Shown here piece after piece: positions 45,807 to 47,828 of a stretch of DNA of 47,828 nucleotides. Under the pieces are notes generated by a model, which had not been told where the DNA came from, made no database searches, and was given only the letters and a program-made list of their open reading frames with translations. This DNA comes from Myxococcota bacterium (GTDB taxonomy: Bacteria; Myxococcota; JACRCW01): NCBI GenBank assembly GCA_040752415.1, contig JBFMGU010000055.1:1-47828 (forward strand), written 5' to 3'. Made by a program: the position numbers and the translations under genes. The first letter of the stretch is position 1; each line of letters begins with the position of its first letter.

Positions 45807-47351
45807 TCAGTCCAGGTGCTCGAGCAGCTCGGCGTCGCTCTTCACCGTCGGGGCGGGAGCCGGCGCCTTGCGCTGCGATGGAGGAGCCGAAGGTCGCGGC
45901 AACGGAACCAGGGCGGTCTGGATGGTCTGGCTCTCGGTGGGAGCCACGTTCAACACCATGGGCTTGTAGCCGGCCTTCGTGAACACCACCTTCAACGGCT
46001 TCCCGGCGGCGGGCAGGGAATGCGTCAGCGGTGAGCGTCCCAGCGCCACGCCGTCCAGGGTGACCTCCGCGCCGTCGGGGAGACTGTTGAACCGGAGCGT
46101 GACCAGGGCGGGCGCCTCCGTCACGATGGGCGGCGGTGGTTCAGACGCCGTGACCCTGGGAGCGGGCACAACCGCCGTGATGACCGGCGCAGGCGCGCGC
46201 ACGTCTTCACCGCCGGGCCACGCTGCCACCGCCCCACCCACCAACACGCCAAACGCGGGAACCGCCCAGACCAGGGGACGCGGGGAAGTTTGACGCGGCT
46301 TGCGCGCCGGACGCGTGTCCTCGTCGGCGGAAGAGACGGTGGCGCGCGGCGGGATGACGTCCAGGGAGCCCGGCAACGACTCCACCCCCGTCTGCTGCAG
46401 CAGCGTGATGCACTCGAGCGCACTGCCAGGACGGTCCGACGGGCGCTTGGCCAGGAGACGGTCCAGCACGCGCTGCAACGCCTCCGCGTGCGCCAGCGAG
46501 GCGCGGACCTCCGCCAGCCTGGGGGGCGCCTCGACGATGTGTGCGTACATGGAACCGGTGGGCGAATCCGCGACGTGGGGCAGCCGTCCGGTCAACATCT
46601 CGAAGAGGATGACGCCCACGGAATAGAGGTCGCTGCGCTGATCCACGCTCGCACCCTGCGCCTGCTCCGGCGACATGTACGAGGGCGAGCCCAGGACCGT
46701 CCCGCTGGTGGTGACCTTGGCGTCGCCCGGCCCGCGGTGCAGAACCTTGGCGATTCCGAAGTCCATCACCTTGACCTGCTCACCCTCGCCCTTCACCTCG
46801 CGGAGGAAGACGTTGGCCGGCTTGAGGTCGCGGTGGACGATGCCCGCCTCGTGGGCGGCGTTGAGCGCGCGCAGCACCTGGATGGCCACCGCCACGGCGC
46901 GCTGCGGCTCCAGGGCCCCGGCGCGTTCCAGCTCCACCGACAGCTCGCGCCCGAGGAGCAGCTCCATCACCAGGTACATCATCCCGTCGTCGGTCACGCC
47001 GGAGTCGTAGATGGTGATGGCGTTGGGGTGGTTGATGCGCGAGCTTAGCCGGGCTTCCTGCTGGAAGCGTTTGATGATGTCGGTGTCCGGGACCCTCGTC
47101 GTGGCAATGAGCTTCACCGCCACTTCGCGCTTCAGGTTGCGGTCCTCCGCGCGGTAGACCACCCCCATCCCGCCGCGCCCCAGCACGCCGTGGAGCTGGT
47201 ACTTGCCGGCAATGGTCCGGCCGGTGAACAGGTCGGGCGACTCGGTGGCCACCACGGAGGGCGCCCCACACGACGGACAGCGTGAGGCTTCCGTCCAGGT
47301 ATTGCAGTCCGGGCACCAGCGGCGCTCGCCCATGGCGTTCCTATAGTCCAC
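45807..47351 (-). CDS. Ser/Thr protein kinase with N-terminal Zn-ribbon, TM helix and PEGA domain
   Basis: CPDC..CPSC, GRGGMG, VAVK, HRDLKPAN, DFG, YMSPEQ, DLYSVG and SLPDGAEVTLDG..GRSP. Start at 47351 or 47333. Confidence 0.95.
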   Translation of the reverse strand: MDYRNAMGERRWCPDCNTWTEASRCPSCGAPSVVATESPDLFTGRTIAGKYQLHGVLGRGGMGVVYRAEDRNLKREVAVKLIATTRVPDTDIIKRFQQEARLSSRINHPNAITIYDSGVTDDGMMYLVMELLLGRELSVELERAGALEPQRAVAVAIQVLRALNAAHEAGIVHRDLKPANVFLREVKGEGEQVKVMDFGIAKVLHRGPGDAKVTTSGTVLGSPSYMSPEQAQGASVDQRSDLYSVGVILFEMLTGRLPHVADSPTGSMYAHIVEAPPRLAEVRASLAHAEALQRVLDRLLAKRPSDRPGSALECITLLQQTGVESLPGSLDVIPPRATVSSADEDTRPARKPRQTSPRPLVWAVPAFGVLVGGAVAAWPGGEDVRAPAPVITAVVPAPRVTASEPPPPIVTEAPALVTLRFNSLPDGAEVTLDGVALGRSPLTHSLPAAGKPLKVVFTKAGYKPMVLNVAPTESQTIQTALVPLPRPSAPPSQRKAPAPAPTVKSDAELLEHLD

Positions 47352-47375
47352 CCGCGCACGGAGGACGAACCGGGC

Positions 47376-47828
47376 TCACTCCGTCCACGTCGCCGCCACC
47401 AGGCCCACGCCCCCCAGCAGGAGCGGAGCCGGCACACCCAGCGCGCCCACAATCCCCGCCACCAGGCCCACCACGTAGAACACCTCCAACACGCTCCGCA
47501 CCGGCGCCGTGCCCGGCACGAAGTACACCACCGCGTAGATCGTGCCCGCCACCGCGGCACCGAGCAGTGACGTCGTCACCAACACCGCAGCCCATGCCAC
47601 CGCCGCCGCGCCCACGCCGCGCAGGGCCCAGGGCAGCGGACTGCGCCCCGCCGCGGGAGGCGGCTGCGGGGCGGTGGTTGTCGTCGGAGCGGAGGCCACC
47701 GGTGGGGGCGCGGCGGGCGGCGGGTCGGGTGCCGGCGGAGCGGCCTCCGTCGGGGCGGGGGGCTCGGGCGCAGGCGGCTCTGGCGACGGGGCGGGCTCAG
47801 GCACCGGGTCCAGCTGGATCCGCACCTC
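47376..47828 (-). CDS. C-terminal part of a membrane protein (Pro-rich linker plus two hydrophobic helices), truncated by the window edge
   Basis: Open frame to the window edge, a PEPPAP linker and Gly/Ala/Val-rich helices. Stop lies 24 bp upstream of the kinase. Confidence 0.7.
   Translation of the reverse strand, partial: EVRIQLDPVPEPAPSPEPPAPEPPAPTEAAPPAPDPPPAAPPPVASAPTTTTAPQPPPAAGRSPLPWALRGVGAAAVAWAAVLVTTSLLGAAVAGTIYAVVYFVPGTAPVRSVLEVFYVVGLVAGIVGALGVPAPLLLGGVGLVAATWTE

Overview
High-GC window (roughly 70% by eye), most likely from a Myxococcota genome, judged from a MYXO-CTERM tail, Myxococcus-type Cys-rich repeats, a REC-DUF4388-J-like protein, and a Ser/Thr kinase-PEGA gene next to an FHA gene. 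The left 12 kb is a minus-strand run: priA, an ion-channel-like gene, a REC/J-like protein, a multi-PAS hybrid kinase, a ROK kinase, and an OtsA-OtsB fusion whose synthase half looks catalytically degenerate. From 12.7 to 42 kb the window is dominated by large predicted surface lipoproteins, most with poly-Ser tethers. They include two paralogues with a ZU5-like domain ending in the HFS autoproteolysis motif, an Ig/FG-GAP adhesin, DUF1566 proteins, a beta-propeller protein coupled to a DUF4331 gene, and a protein with 43 Asp-rich motifs arranged in a four-fold super-repeat. Interspersed are a P450, an aminotransferase, YdeI, an IS91-like transposase scar and two frameshifted genes. The right end encodes a Ni/Co-transporter-like protein, YcaQ, an FHA protein and a Ser/Thr kinase. 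Non-coding structure includes a 146-bp tandem array of GTAG-REP-like hairpins and two inverted copies of a ~0.4-kb palindromic REPIN/MITE-like element, the second nested inside another inverted-repeat family. I saw no rRNA, tRNA, CRISPR array or intact transposase. All family calls come from motif recognition by eye, not database searches.
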